A stretch of 62,625 bases of DNA, filler included. It is 6 parts of 6 records of this genome, joined end to end, with 100 filler letters (N's around TTAATTAATTAA, not from the genome) between each part and the next. Parts side by side here need not be neighbours in the genome. Positions count along the whole stretch, not along the records: positions 39,820 to 57,523 come from SRR31156797_2719; positions 57,624 to 62,625 come from SRR31156797_2733; 4 more parts are not named here. One strand, given 5' to 3'. The notes under the pieces are model-generated. The model was not told where the DNA came from, did no database searches, and saw only the letters and a list, made by a program, of their open reading frames with translations. Positions 47,735 through 58,072 of the stretch are shown one piece after another; positions within the stretch are counted from its first letter, which is position 1, and every line of letters starts with the position of its first letter. A program made the translations under genes and the position numbers.

Positions 47735-48646
47735 TTAACGTTTATTCGACATTTTGAATAAAATCTCTTTTTCTTTTTTGGATAGACTTTCATAACCCGA
47801 TTTTGCTACTTTATCCAGTATTTTGTCCAGTTCTTCCCTCTCAACAGCCTTATTGGCATTGTATTCCATGTCTGTTTTTGGTTTTTTATAGCTCACATGC
47901 ATATGTGGGTTCTTTTTCTTTTTGGTTTTAGAAGATTTTACCGGATAAAATAAACCCCATGCCCATTTGGTTATATCTTTTTGCTTTTTGTATTGTGTTA
48001 TAAAAAGGTATCCAAATAATGCACCTCCAAGATGAGATATGTGCCCTCCGGCATTGGGTGATGCAATCATTAAAATATCCAGAATAATTGTTGCAAATGC
48101 TACATATTTCAACTTTACCTGGCCAATTAGTAGCAAATTAAGGGTGAAATTTGGAACATAAAATGAAATAGCAATAACTACTGCCATTACTGCTGCAGAG
48201 GCTCCCAGCATAATACTGTATGGAACAAATTCATGAAAAGCGGGTATGCCATTATATGCTAATAAATAAACTAAAGCTCCCGAAAGTCCTCCAACTAAAT
48301 ATACACCAAGGAGTTTCTTTTGATCAATATACATTAAAAATATTCGTCCAAACCAAAATAGCCACAGCATGTTAAATAAAACATGGAACAAATCTTTGTG
48401 CAGGAACATGTAGGTAATTACAGTCCATGGTCTTTTAGCTAAATCTCCTCCGGCTGTTGGCACTGCCAACCATCCTAATACTTCATCAATTAATTCGGTG
48501 GCACCTTCTGTGCTACCTGCAACAAAAATCAGAATTACATGAACCAGATTGATAGCTACAAAAACGGCCAGGTTAATAAAAATTAACCGTGTGAGAATAG
48601 ATCCTTGTTTAAATTGGTTTTGTATTTCTTGCCAAATATTATTCAT
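47735..48646 (-). CDS. Rhomboid intramembrane serine protease with C-terminal soluble domain
   Basis: H.LFNM, GASAAV, HLGGA; ILDKVAKSGYESLS tail. Confidence 0.92.
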   Translation of the reverse strand: MNNIWQEIQNQFKQGSILTRLIFINLAVFVAINLVHVILIFVAGSTEGATELIDEVLGWLAVPTAGGDLAKRPWTVITYMFLHKDLFHVLFNMLWLFWFGRIFLMYIDQKKLLGVYLVGGLSGALVYLLAYNGIPAFHEFVPYSIMLGASAAVMAVVIAISFYVPNFTLNLLLIGQVKLKYVAFATIILDILMIASPNAGGHISHLGGALFGYLFITQYKKQKDITKWAWGLFYPVKSSKTKKKKNPHMHVSYKKPKTDMEYNANKAVEREELDKILDKVAKSGYESLSKKEKEILFKMSNKR

Positions 48647-48664
48647 GGTTTTTATCTAATGGGT

Positions 48665-49411
48665 TTAATAGAAATTTTTGCCTTTACTATTCCAGTATTT
48701 GATAAGGATGAATCCGAAGAGCATTCCGCCTAAATGAGCGAAATGGGCAATGTTACCGCCTGAATTTGAGATTCCTAACCATAACTCTAAAGCTCCATAA
48801 CCAATTACCAGCCATTTTGCTTTAATGGGAATTGGCGGAAATAATAGCATAAGTTGTGTGTTGGGGAATAGCATACCAAAGGCTAAAAGCACTCCGAAAA
48901 CTGCTCCGGAAGCACCAACAGTTGGAATATTTAAAATTAAGTTTAATTCTCCTAATTGTGGATCTGTATAATTGCGATTTGTTTGCAATAGCTCGGCGCC
49001 TTGATTAATTACGTAGCTAACCTGATCTTTAGGAAGGTCACTAATTATTGATTGCATATCCAAATAATTTACAAACATATGCAAAGCAGCGGCTCCTAAA
49101 CCGGTTACAAAATAGTATATGAAGAATCTTTTTGGGCCCCAAACACTTTCTAATACTCTACCAAACATCCATAATGCGAACATGTTAAAGAATAAATGGA
49201 ATAAGTCACCGTGCATAAACATATGAGTGACTATTTGATATGGTTCAAATTCTGAAGAAAGTGGGAAGTAAAGCCCAAGCTTGTAGTTGAGATTTATATT
49301 GAACATGGACTGGACAGCCAAATTACCTAAAAGCATCAATACGTTGATAATTAGTAGGTTCTTGACTACCAGTGGTATATTGCTAAACATGGGTTGTCTG
49401 TATCCTTGCAT
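48665..49411 (-). CDS. Rhomboid intramembrane serine protease
   Basis: HLFFNM, GASGAVFG, AHFAHLGG. Confidence 0.93.
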   Translation of the reverse strand: MQGYRQPMFSNIPLVVKNLLIINVLMLLGNLAVQSMFNINLNYKLGLYFPLSSEFEPYQIVTHMFMHGDLFHLFFNMFALWMFGRVLESVWGPKRFFIYYFVTGLGAAALHMFVNYLDMQSIISDLPKDQVSYVINQGAELLQTNRNYTDPQLGELNLILNIPTVGASGAVFGVLLAFGMLFPNTQLMLLFPPIPIKAKWLVIGYGALELWLGISNSGGNIAHFAHLGGMLFGFILIKYWNSKGKNFY

Positions 49412-49420
49412 TTCTTTTGG

Positions 49421-51262
49421 TTAATTGGTTAATAGCTTTTCAATATCCTCCATGGTCATAATTCTTAAAACCGGTTTACCATCAGGTGTATAGTTTGGCA
49501 TCTTACAGGTAAACAAACTTTCAGTCAAATGTTCCATTTCAGACTCAGTTAAATGTTTTCCTTTATGCTTAGACGAAATTTGTGCCAACCTTGCAGCAAT
49601 CATTTCTGTCAGGTTTTCGTGTAAGTCAGGATTGGCTTCATCCAAAGAAGCAATTAAGTTTTCCAGTAATGGAATAGGTTGTATTTCTGTAAGCTCTGCA
49701 GGAATTCCATTGATTTGAAAGGTGTCTTCTGATTCTGAAATATGAAATCCAATTTTTTGCAATTCAGGTAAGATTTCCCGCAATGTATCAGCTTCTAGTG
49801 GATTAGGAGTGTAGGTTTCAGGGAAAAGAGATGGCTGGGTGGATGATTGCTTAATGGATAAATTATGTTGTAATTGCTCGAATAAAATGCGCTCATGTGC
49901 TCTGATTTGATCAATAAGCATAAATCCTGATTTGACCTGCGAAAGGATATATTTTTCTTTAACTTGAAAGAATCGGGCAGATGAAATTTTGTCAGGTTGA
50001 ATTTTTACAGATTCTGTTTCTTTTTCAAAATTTATTTGAGCACTTTCATTGGAGTCCTTGTCAAAATCCTGGTAAAGTGTATCCCAATTTCCTTCAGATT
50101 TTTTCTGATCAAAATCCTGATAGGAATTTCTTGAATGGTATGTTTTGTCCCTTTCAAATGGATTATATTCCGGGTTAACTTTTATTTCCGGTGAATGAGA
50201 TGGTTCAGGTCTGGCACTTGCCACGGGTATTTCTATGCTGTTGCTGGCATCAAAATCAATGGTTGGAGTCAGGTTGTGTTTTCCAATAGATTCTTTTATT
50301 GCAGCGAGCACAATTTGCCATAGGTCCTTTTCATTTTCAAATTTAATTTCTGTTTTGGTGGGATGAATGTTTACATCTATACTTTCCGGATCCACATCAA
50401 AATAAATGAAGAATACCGGTAGTTGACCTTTCTGTAATAAGTTTTCATAGGCCATCATCACGGCTTTATAAAAATAAGGATGGCGCATGAATCGGTTGTT
50501 GGCAAAAAAGTATTGTTCTCCCGGACTTTTTTTAGCTATTTCGGTTTTGCCAATAAATCCATGAATTTTGCCAAGCGTCGTTGTTGTTTCAATAGGAATT
50601 AGATTGCCATTATATGATTTCCCAAATATTTGAATGATTCTGATCTTATGATTGCCTTTGGGAAGATTATGAACTATGCTGTCATTATGTATTAATTCAA
50701 AATGAATCTGCGGATTTGTTAATGCAACACGAATAAATTCTTCATTGATATGCTTAAATTCGGTGATATCGGATTTTAAAAATTTGCGTCTGGCAGGCAC
50801 ATTGAAAAACAAACTTTTAATTTGAAAAGTACTTCCTTCAGGGCATTGCACGGGTTCTTGCTTTATAACCTCTGATCCGGATATCTGGATGAGGGTTCCT
50901 AATTCTTCACCTTTTTCTCTGGTTTGTAAAGAGACTTTTGCAATGGCTGCTATGGAAGCTAGGGCTTCTCCTCTAAAACCCATTGTGGTCAAATGGAATA
51001 AATCCTTGGCTTCTTTTATTTTACTGGTAGCATGGCGCTCAAAAGCCATTCGAGCATCCGGGTCCGACATGCCTTTTCCGTTGTCAGAAACTTGAATTAA
51101 TGTTTTTCCGGCATCTTTAATAACTACCGTAATCTTGTCAGCTCCTGCATCAACTGCATTTTCAATGAGTTCTTTAATTACAGAAGCAGGTCGTTGAATG
51201 ACTTCTCCTGCTGCAATTTGGTTGGCTATATGATCAGGTAGCTGGTGTATTTGATTTCCCAT
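49421..51262 (-). CDS. mutL: DNA mismatch repair protein MutL
   Basis: ANQIAAGEVIQRP, ELIENAVDAG, HATSKI, GFRGEALASI, DVNIHPTK. Confidence 0.97.
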   Translation of the reverse strand: MGNQIHQLPDHIANQIAAGEVIQRPASVIKELIENAVDAGADKITVVIKDAGKTLIQVSDNGKGMSDPDARMAFERHATSKIKEAKDLFHLTTMGFRGEALASIAAIAKVSLQTREKGEELGTLIQISGSEVIKQEPVQCPEGSTFQIKSLFFNVPARRKFLKSDITEFKHINEEFIRVALTNPQIHFELIHNDSIVHNLPKGNHKIRIIQIFGKSYNGNLIPIETTTTLGKIHGFIGKTEIAKKSPGEQYFFANNRFMRHPYFYKAVMMAYENLLQKGQLPVFFIYFDVDPESIDVNIHPTKTEIKFENEKDLWQIVLAAIKESIGKHNLTPTIDFDASNSIEIPVASARPEPSHSPEIKVNPEYNPFERDKTYHSRNSYQDFDQKKSEGNWDTLYQDFDKDSNESAQINFEKETESVKIQPDKISSARFFQVKEKYILSQVKSGFMLIDQIRAHERILFEQLQHNLSIKQSSTQPSLFPETYTPNPLEADTLREILPELQKIGFHISESEDTFQINGIPAELTEIQPIPLLENLIASLDEANPDLHENLTEMIAARLAQISSKHKGKHLTESEMEHLTESLFTCKMPNYTPDGKPVLRIMTMEDIEKLLTN

Positions 51263-51291
51263 AAAATCCTGTGACGTTGAGCTTTTTATGC

Positions 51292-51567
51292 TTAATCTAA
51301 AAAGGGTATGTCCTCAAAAATCAGATAATAAGCAATGAGTATTAAAACAACTATGATAATGAAAGCTCTTGTGTTCGAAATTCTTGATGATTTTTTTTGT
51401 CTTTTCCTTCTTTCGGTAAATTTACCACGAATTGATTCTCCCGGTCCCGCTTTTCCTGATACTCTTTTCTGTCTTTCCTGGCGTTCTTCTTCTTCAGGAT
51501 CGTAATAGCGGGGGGTGTAATTAAACTTTTTGTTTTTGGGTGTATGAAAGAATTTTACTTTAAGCAT
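51292..51567 (-). CDS. Small hypothetical protein with C-terminal TM segment
   Basis: FF..PK.KKFNY.PRYYDP, basic middle, C-terminal hydrophobic helix; upstream of mutL. Confidence 0.75.
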   Translation of the reverse strand: MLKVKFFHTPKNKKFNYTPRYYDPEEEERQERQKRVSGKAGPGESIRGKFTERRKRQKKSSRISNTRAFIIIVVLILIAYYLIFEDIPFLD

Positions 51568-51770
51568 GCTTTTTTATTTGAAAATACTAATTCTGTGCCA
51601 TTGTACAAAGTTAACCAATAAACTTGAACTCGTTTTGTAAGGTTAAGTAATAATTCTAATTGATTTCTTTTTCCGTGTTCAGAATCTGTTATTTATTCAA
51701 AGAATTAATATTTAGATATTTTTTTTTCATTGAAAAGATGTTATATTTATTACAACTAAAAACCAGCCAC

Positions 51771-54008
51771 ATGCCGAAATTTTATATTCTCTTACTGGGA
51801 TTACTATATTCAATTTACGGGTATACGATAAATGATTCTTTGTGCCAGAAATTGAAATCAGCTGTTCAGAGTGAAAGAACACAGTTGTATAATGATATTT
51901 CTATTGAATTTCAGAATATTAATGTAGATAGCTCCATTTTTTATGCAAAACTGGCTGTTGATAATGCAAGGAAATTTGCACAACCTTCCGAATTGTCCCG
52001 TGGCTATTCAACTCTTGGTAGAGCTTTGGCATTAAAAGGTGAGTTGAATGCAGCTGAACAATATATAGATAGTGCACTATTTTTGTCTAAAAACACTTAT
52101 AATGAAGTTTATGTAAATGCTTTGATAAATAAAGGTTTAGTATTGGAAGGAAAAGATCTTCTTGTGCATGCATTAGAGATTTATCATCAGTCATTAAGTA
52201 TAGTAGATAGTTTAAAACTTTCTAGAGCTAGAGCTAATGCTTTTAATAGTCTGGGTATTGTATATAAAAAGTTGGATAGACATGAAGAAGCTTTGATGCA
52301 TTTCAAAGAAGCTTTGGCTATTAAAAGGGAGCAGAATGATTTACACGGGGTTGCTTTCATTCTGAATAATATAGGAACTGTATATGATAATATGGGTGAT
52401 ACAGCACAAGCACTTGAGACGTATAATGAAGCTTTGAAATTGAACAAAGACCTTGGAAATACTATAGCTGTTGCATATATAGAGTTTAATATTGGGGTGA
52501 TTTTGAAAAAAATGAAAGTCTACGATAAGGCACACAGAATGTTTAGTCACTCACTTAAGATTGCTCAAAACTCTGAGGATTTAATTAGTATAGCTTATAA
52601 TTACTATCAATTAGGGGATATGTTTTTTGAAACCAATCGACTTAATGATGCTGAGGAATATTCTGACAAAAGTATGCAAATTGCCAGAGAAGCTAATTTG
52701 TTAAATGTAATGGCTAATAATTATTATTTAAAAAGCTCAATTGCCAGAAAAAGATCTCAGTTTAAGCAATCTTTGGATTTTTATGAGAGGTATGATGAAT
52801 TAATAGACTCCCTGGAAAAAAATGAGAGCATTAAAAAAGTAGAGGAGTTAAGACTGGCTTACAAGAAATCCCGGGTTGAAAAGCAAGTTAAACTGCTTGA
52901 GAAGGAAAAAAACCTTCAGGATTTAAAGTTGGCTCAAAATGAAATTCAGATTAGAAACCGAAGCTTATGGATGATATTATTTCTCACAGGATTTATATTA
53001 ATCGGAGGCTTTTCAATTTTATTATTTAGGCAGGTTAGACAAAAAAGAGAAGCTAACAATTTATTGGCTGCTCGAAATGCTGAGGTGAGTCAGCAAAATG
53101 AGGAAATTAAAGCTCAGAGAGACGCTTTAAGTGATCTGAATAAGCAATTGGAGTCTAAAAACATTGAAATTGAAGCGCAAAGAGATGCTTTAGAAGAACA
53201 GCGAAATTTAGCCACCCGGCAAAGAGATAAGATATACTTGCAGAAGCAAAATTTAACAGATAATATTACTTATGCGGCGCGAATACAAAAAGCGCTATTG
53301 CCTCCAAAGGCTTATTTTTCAGACTGCTTTACCGATCATTTTATTTTTAATCAACCGCAAGGAATTGTAGGTGGTGATTTTTATTGGGTTGGCAATGTAA
53401 ACAGCAAAATCGTACTTGTGACTGCTGATAGTACAGGCCATGGAGTTACCGGAGGGTTTATGAGTATTCTTGGTATTTCAATACTTAACGAAACTGTGTT
53501 GAGAAAAGGGATAGTAGATCCTTCACAAATATTAAATGAGACCCGAAAACAAGTTGTTAGTTCTTTACATCAATCTAGCAGGTCAATTGAAAGTAAGGAT
53601 GGAATGGATATGACTGTTTTTTGTTTTGATAAATCATCAAATACTTATAAATTTTCTGCAGCAAACCAGAAGGCTTACAAAGTAAATGCTAAAAGTAAGG
53701 AGTTGCTTGAGTTAACCGGTGATAACATGCCCGTAGCTTTTTATGGCGATGCGCAAAGAGATTTTACCGTTCAGTCAGGTTCTTATAATTCTAATGATAT
53801 ATTTTATTTGTTTTCTGACGGTTACCCTGATCAATTTGGAGGTAAGTCAAATAAAAAGTTTTTATATAAGCGATTTCGAAGTTTGGTAGAAAAAGCTTCT
53901 CCTTTGACAATGTCTGAACAACTTGATGTATTTGCAACAACATTTTACCAGTGGAAAGGAAATTATGATCAGGTCGATGATTTATTGGTGATAGGTGTAA
54001 TAGTATAA
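51771..54008 (+). CDS. TPR sensor - TM - coiled coil - SpoIIE/PP2C phosphatase
   Basis: TPR repeats; YAARIQKALLP, VGGDFYW, ADSTGHGV, DGMD, SDGYPDQFGG, QVDD. Confidence 0.9.
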   Translation: MPKFYILLLGLLYSIYGYTINDSLCQKLKSAVQSERTQLYNDISIEFQNINVDSSIFYAKLAVDNARKFAQPSELSRGYSTLGRALALKGELNAAEQYIDSALFLSKNTYNEVYVNALINKGLVLEGKDLLVHALEIYHQSLSIVDSLKLSRARANAFNSLGIVYKKLDRHEEALMHFKEALAIKREQNDLHGVAFILNNIGTVYDNMGDTAQALETYNEALKLNKDLGNTIAVAYIEFNIGVILKKMKVYDKAHRMFSHSLKIAQNSEDLISIAYNYYQLGDMFFETNRLNDAEEYSDKSMQIAREANLLNVMANNYYLKSSIARKRSQFKQSLDFYERYDELIDSLEKNESIKKVEELRLAYKKSRVEKQVKLLEKEKNLQDLKLAQNEIQIRNRSLWMILFLTGFILIGGFSILLFRQVRQKREANNLLAARNAEVSQQNEEIKAQRDALSDLNKQLESKNIEIEAQRDALEEQRNLATRQRDKIYLQKQNLTDNITYAARIQKALLPPKAYFSDCFTDHFIFNQPQGIVGGDFYWVGNVNSKIVLVTADSTGHGVTGGFMSILGISILNETVLRKGIVDPSQILNETRKQVVSSLHQSSRSIESKDGMDMTVFCFDKSSNTYKFSAANQKAYKVNAKSKELLELTGDNMPVAFYGDAQRDFTVQSGSYNSNDIFYLFSDGYPDQFGGKSNKKFLYKRFRSLVEKASPLTMSEQLDVFATTFYQWKGNYDQVDDLLVIGVIV

Positions 54009-54037
54009 ATATTTAAGCAATTTTGAGTACTAATTGT

Positions 54038-57000
54038 ATGATAGGTCGAATTAAGATATTGTTTTTGAATACATTAATGATTCTGTGGTTTATTTCCTCA
54101 GCAGCTATTGCACAATATAATTATCAGTATAATGGATCTTATTTAATTACGCACTATACAACAACAGATTATGGAGCAAGTGCTCAAATATGGAGTGCTG
54201 CATCTGATGATCGAAATTTAATGTTGTTTGGGTCAAATAGAGCCCTTTTGGTATTTGATGGCGTAAACTGGAACCAATTTCAAGCTTCAAATAAAAGTAT
54301 AATCAGGTCAATTGACGTTGATGAAAATAATATAATATATATTGGTTCTTATAATGAGTTTGGACGATTTTTGCCAGATTCACTTGGGGGTTATCAATAC
54401 CAATCATTGAGTCAATTGCTCCCAGATTCAATACCAACTATACGAAATGTCTGGCAAACTCATGCCACTTCTCATGGTGTTTATTTTATAGGAGAGAGTG
54501 GCGTCTATCATTTTTCAGAAGGAAAGGTCAGCTATATTTCAATTAAAGTGAATTCATTGTTCGGATTTAAAATTCATGATAAAGTATGGGTGGTCGATGC
54601 AGAAAGAGGATTGGCATCTATTGTAAATGGACAGCTAAAATATTTTAAATCCACCAATATTTTAGGTAATCGGTCCTATGGTTTGGTTAACATGTTGGAA
54701 GAACAGGATGGCAATCCAATTATTATTACACAATCCGGTGATTTTTTTAAATTGTATATAAAAAAGGATTCGTTATTGAAAGTAAGTATTTCGGAAGAGT
54801 TAAAAGTTTATATCCAAAGGAATGGTTTGTACAATAGTGTTAATATTGGATTAGATTACAGGGCAATAGGAACTCTTTATGGTGGTGTGGTGATTGTCGA
54901 TGATAACTATAATATCGAACGAATAATTAAGCATGAAAATGGTTTGAAAACAGGAATGGTGTATGGCATTTTTGCTGATAAGAATAAGGATTTATGGATT
55001 CTAGGGGAGAATGGAATAGCGCATGTTAATACAAATTACAATATACATAAATATGCCGATGAGCAAGGGTTAAATGGATTTGTAACAGATGTGATACAAT
55101 ATGAAGGTTTGACATATGTGACTACACTTAAAGGTGTTTTTTATCTTGAAAATTTTAAGTCTGCTTCAGTTGAACATAAGTTGATAAAAATGCATGATTT
55201 TAATGAAAGTGCATGGGGCTTTAGGGAGTTTAAAGGAAGGTTATTTGTACCAACTAGCAAAGGATTATATCAAATTGTAGGAAAACAATCAAAGCTAATT
55301 GCAAAAGACTTGTTTGTTTTCTCAATGAATGTGAGTGAACATTATCCGGGAAAGGTATTTTTAGGTTTACTAAAAGGATTAGCTGTGGCGGATATTTCCT
55401 TTGATAATGGAAAGGTTGCGAAGATAAGTAATGTGAATATTGTGAGTGAGATGCAAGATCGTGTTTTATCCATAACTATTGACAATGCTAAGAGACTATG
55501 GTTGGGAACGCATACTGAGGGCTTAAAAGTACTAATTCCAAAAAAGAATGATTTTTCACAAAATAAAGTTATTTCCTTAAGTCAATCAAATGGTCTTCCG
55601 AAAGACAAAAATAATGTATCTGCACAAATCATGAATAATGAGTTTTTAGTAGCAACTAAAAAAGGAGTTTATGTAATTGACTCCGCAAATTCTGATAATG
55701 ATACGATCATTCATTTAGTTTATGATAAAAAGTGGAACAGCTATTTTACTCAAGATTCTGTATCTATTTCCGGAATAGTTCCAATATCAGATAGTAGTTA
55801 CGTTGTCGATGGATATAAGATCGGCTTTTTGGAGTTCATCAAAGATACTTTCTCTTTTAATACAACCTTTTTTGACCGCATTAAAAATGAAGTTTCTTAT
55901 GTCCGGTATGATAAAGATCTGAATGTTTTGAGTGTAGCTACGGCAAGTTCTTTTTTGATATCATATTTAGATGATTATAAGTTAAATGCTACACTCCCAA
56001 AGCCACTAATTAGAAAAGTGACTATTGGAAAAGACTCTGTTGTTTTTATGGGGAACTATTATGATGGAGGAAACTTAGAAAAACTTTATGGTCATCAAAC
56101 ATTATGCTGTTCGCCAGTAATTGAATATAAATACAATAACTTGCTTATTGACTTTGCCCCTGCCTTTTATGTTGAGCCTGCAATGATGAAATACCAATAT
56201 AAAATAGAGGGCTTTGATGAAGAGTTTAGCAATTGGTCATCCGAAACACAAGCAAAATATACAAACATTCCGGAAGGAAAATATACGTTCATTTTAAGAT
56301 CAAAAAATGTTTATGGTGAAATAAGTGAAGAAACAACCTACATATTTGAAGTGCTTGCGCCATGGTACAGGACAAGTTTAGCTTATATTTTTTATTTACT
56401 GCTAATTATTTCAGCCATTTATGTGATCATAAAATTATATGCATATTCATTGGTCCAAAAGAATAAAAGATTAGATGAGTTAGTTAGGGAGCGAACTGTA
56501 GAGTTGCAAAATAAAAATGAAGAAGTCATAGTACAAAGAAATGAGATTGAACAGCAAAAAGAAGAAATTCAAGTTCAGAAAGATGAGCTTGAAAGACACA
56601 AAAACCATTTAGAACAATTGGTTGAAAATAGAACAGCAGCTTTAAAAAGTGCAAAAGAAAAAGCTGAGGAGTCTGATAAGCTTAAAAGTGCATTTTTATC
56701 AAACATGTCTCATGAAATCAGAACACCCATGAATGCTATTGTGGGTTATTCAGATTTGATATCTGAAGAAAATAACCTTGTTGAGCAAAAGAAATATGCT
56801 GAATTAATCTCTCAAAATGTAAATAGTTTATTGGAGCTTATTGAAAATATAATTGACCTGTCCCAACTTGAAACTTCTCATATTTCTTTTAAAAATAATC
56901 AAGTTGAAGCAGATGAACTAATTCTCAATACTTACCACAAATATATTAACACTGCTAAGAAGAAATCAATTAGTTTTTCTGTTCAAAAAGATAATTCTGC

Positions 57001-57370
57001 AAAGGTAATTTTAAACGTTGATGCTGGCAGGTTAAGGCAGGTGTTTGATCATGTTGTTGGTAATGCACTGAAATACACTGACGAGGGACATATTATTATT
57101 GGTCTTGATAAGAATAATCCGAAATATCCTAACGAAGTGCTGTTTTATGTGAAAGATACAGGTGTAGGAATGTCTAAAGAAGAAGTTTCAAAAGTATTTC
57201 AATATTTTACTAAAGTTGAAAAAGATATAAGAAAATTATATCGCGGAACAGGAATTGGATTGGCACTTTGCCAACGTATTATTACAATTATTGGGGGAAG
57301 GATATGGATAGAGTCTATAGAAAATGAAGGTACATCTGTGTATTTTACTGTTCCAAAGGGAAATCAATGA
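54038..57370 (+). CDS. Sensor histidine kinase with beta-propeller/Y_Y_Y extracellular region
   Basis: YTNIPEGKY.F, PWY, TM, FLSNMSHEIRTPMN, NALKYT, DTGVG, GTGIGL. Confidence 0.92.
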   Translation: MIGRIKILFLNTLMILWFISSAAIAQYNYQYNGSYLITHYTTTDYGASAQIWSAASDDRNLMLFGSNRALLVFDGVNWNQFQASNKSIIRSIDVDENNIIYIGSYNEFGRFLPDSLGGYQYQSLSQLLPDSIPTIRNVWQTHATSHGVYFIGESGVYHFSEGKVSYISIKVNSLFGFKIHDKVWVVDAERGLASIVNGQLKYFKSTNILGNRSYGLVNMLEEQDGNPIIITQSGDFFKLYIKKDSLLKVSISEELKVYIQRNGLYNSVNIGLDYRAIGTLYGGVVIVDDNYNIERIIKHENGLKTGMVYGIFADKNKDLWILGENGIAHVNTNYNIHKYADEQGLNGFVTDVIQYEGLTYVTTLKGVFYLENFKSASVEHKLIKMHDFNESAWGFREFKGRLFVPTSKGLYQIVGKQSKLIAKDLFVFSMNVSEHYPGKVFLGLLKGLAVADISFDNGKVAKISNVNIVSEMQDRVLSITIDNAKRLWLGTHTEGLKVLIPKKNDFSQNKVISLSQSNGLPKDKNNVSAQIMNNEFLVATKKGVYVIDSANSDNDTIIHLVYDKKWNSYFTQDSVSISGIVPISDSSYVVDGYKIGFLEFIKDTFSFNTTFFDRIKNEVSYVRYDKDLNVLSVATASSFLISYLDDYKLNATLPKPLIRKVTIGKDSVVFMGNYYDGGNLEKLYGHQTLCCSPVIEYKYNNLLIDFAPAFYVEPAMMKYQYKIEGFDEEFSNWSSETQAKYTNIPEGKYTFILRSKNVYGEISEETTYIFEVLAPWYRTSLAYIFYLLLIISAIYVIIKLYAYSLVQKNKRLDELVRERTVELQNKNEEVIVQRNEIEQQKEEIQVQKDELERHKNHLEQLVENRTAALKSAKEKAEESDKLKSAFLSNMSHEIRTPMNAIVGYSDLISEENNLVEQKKYAELISQNVNSLLELIENIIDLSQLETSHISFKNNQVEADELILNTYHKYINTAKKKSISFSVQKDNSAKVILNVDAGRLRQVFDHVVGNALKYTDEGHIIIGLDKNNPKYPNEVLFYVKDTGVGMSKEEVSKVFQYFTKVEKDIRKLYRGTGIGLALCQRIITIIGGRIWIESIENEGTSVYFTVPKGNQ

Positions 57371-57425
57371 TATTTTAGATCCCCCAAAAAAAGTGTAAAA
57401 AATATTAAAAATCCAGTCAATTATT

Positions 57426-57456
57426 TTTGTTTCTATAAAATCTTTGTCTATTTTTG
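57426..57456 (+). promoter_or_regulatory. Bacteroidota primary-sigma promoter of the tRNA
   Basis: TTTG (57426-57429), 19 nt, TATTTTTG (57449-57456). Confidence 0.7.
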
Positions 57457-57495
57457 CAGCCGCAATGATTCAAAATGAATGATTGACTAAAAAAA

Positions 57496-57523
57496 GGCCC
57501 GTTCGTCTAGGGGTTAGGACGCC
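57496..57523 (+). tRNA. tRNA 5' part, probably tRNA-Glu (cut by contig end before the anticodon)
   Basis: GGCCCGTTCGTCTAGGGGTTAGGACGCC acceptor and D-arm, typical of tRNA-Glu. Confidence 0.75.
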
Positions 57524-57623
57524 NNNNNNNNNNNNNNNNNNNNNNNNNNNNNNNNNNNNNNNNNNNNTTAATTAATTAANNNNNNNNNNNNNNNNNNNNN
57601 NNNNNNNNNNNNNNNNNNNNNNN
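57524..57623. other. Artificial contig-joining spacer
   Basis: N-run + TTAATTAATTAA + N-run. Confidence 0.97.
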
Positions 57624-57651
57624 GACGCTCTACCAACTGAGCTATTCCCGC
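57624..57651 (-). tRNA. tRNA 5' part, probably tRNA-Gly (truncated)
   Basis: Minus strand reads GCGGGAATAGCTCAGTTGGTAGAGCGTC. Confidence 0.8.
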
Positions 57652-57695
57652 ATTCACTGAGGTTTTTTTAACGCCTTTCCTCTGAGGCGAATATA

Positions 57696-57724
57696 ATATT
57701 ACCACACATTTACTTCAGTGTCAA
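57696..57724 (-). promoter_or_regulatory. Sigma70-type promoter of the tRNA
   Basis: TTGACA, 17 nt, (TG-n-)TAATAT on the minus strand. Confidence 0.75.
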
Positions 57725-58072
57725 CATTTTTTTACTTTTTTAATTCAGAAAAAATTGAGATATTGAAAATCAATATTTTGCGATTGTACCTTTTTATTTA
57801 ACATATTATTTCTTTATAAAAAAATTTATTAATTATGCTCTAATTTGATATTAATAATAAATTTTAATTCATCTAAAACTGAAATTTAAGCTGAATATTA
57901 ATAAAAACTTCTTTTTTTATTTTCTAAGAAAATAAAAAAACCCTATTCTCAGTGAGAGAAAAGGGTTTAGAGAGATGGTAAAATTGCGTCTCCGCAATTT
58001 TTTGCAGCTTCTCATTATATCTTTTTTTTCTTTTTTTGTCAATATAGAGAATAGCTTAAATTTAAATTTATA

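Noticed and set aside
46558-51567. mutL-rhomboid-rhomboid-EEP cluster and the atypical MutL C-terminal motifs (DQIRAHE, TPDGKP)
   Set aside because: To my knowledge a common Bacteroidota arrangement and MutL variant, so not novel
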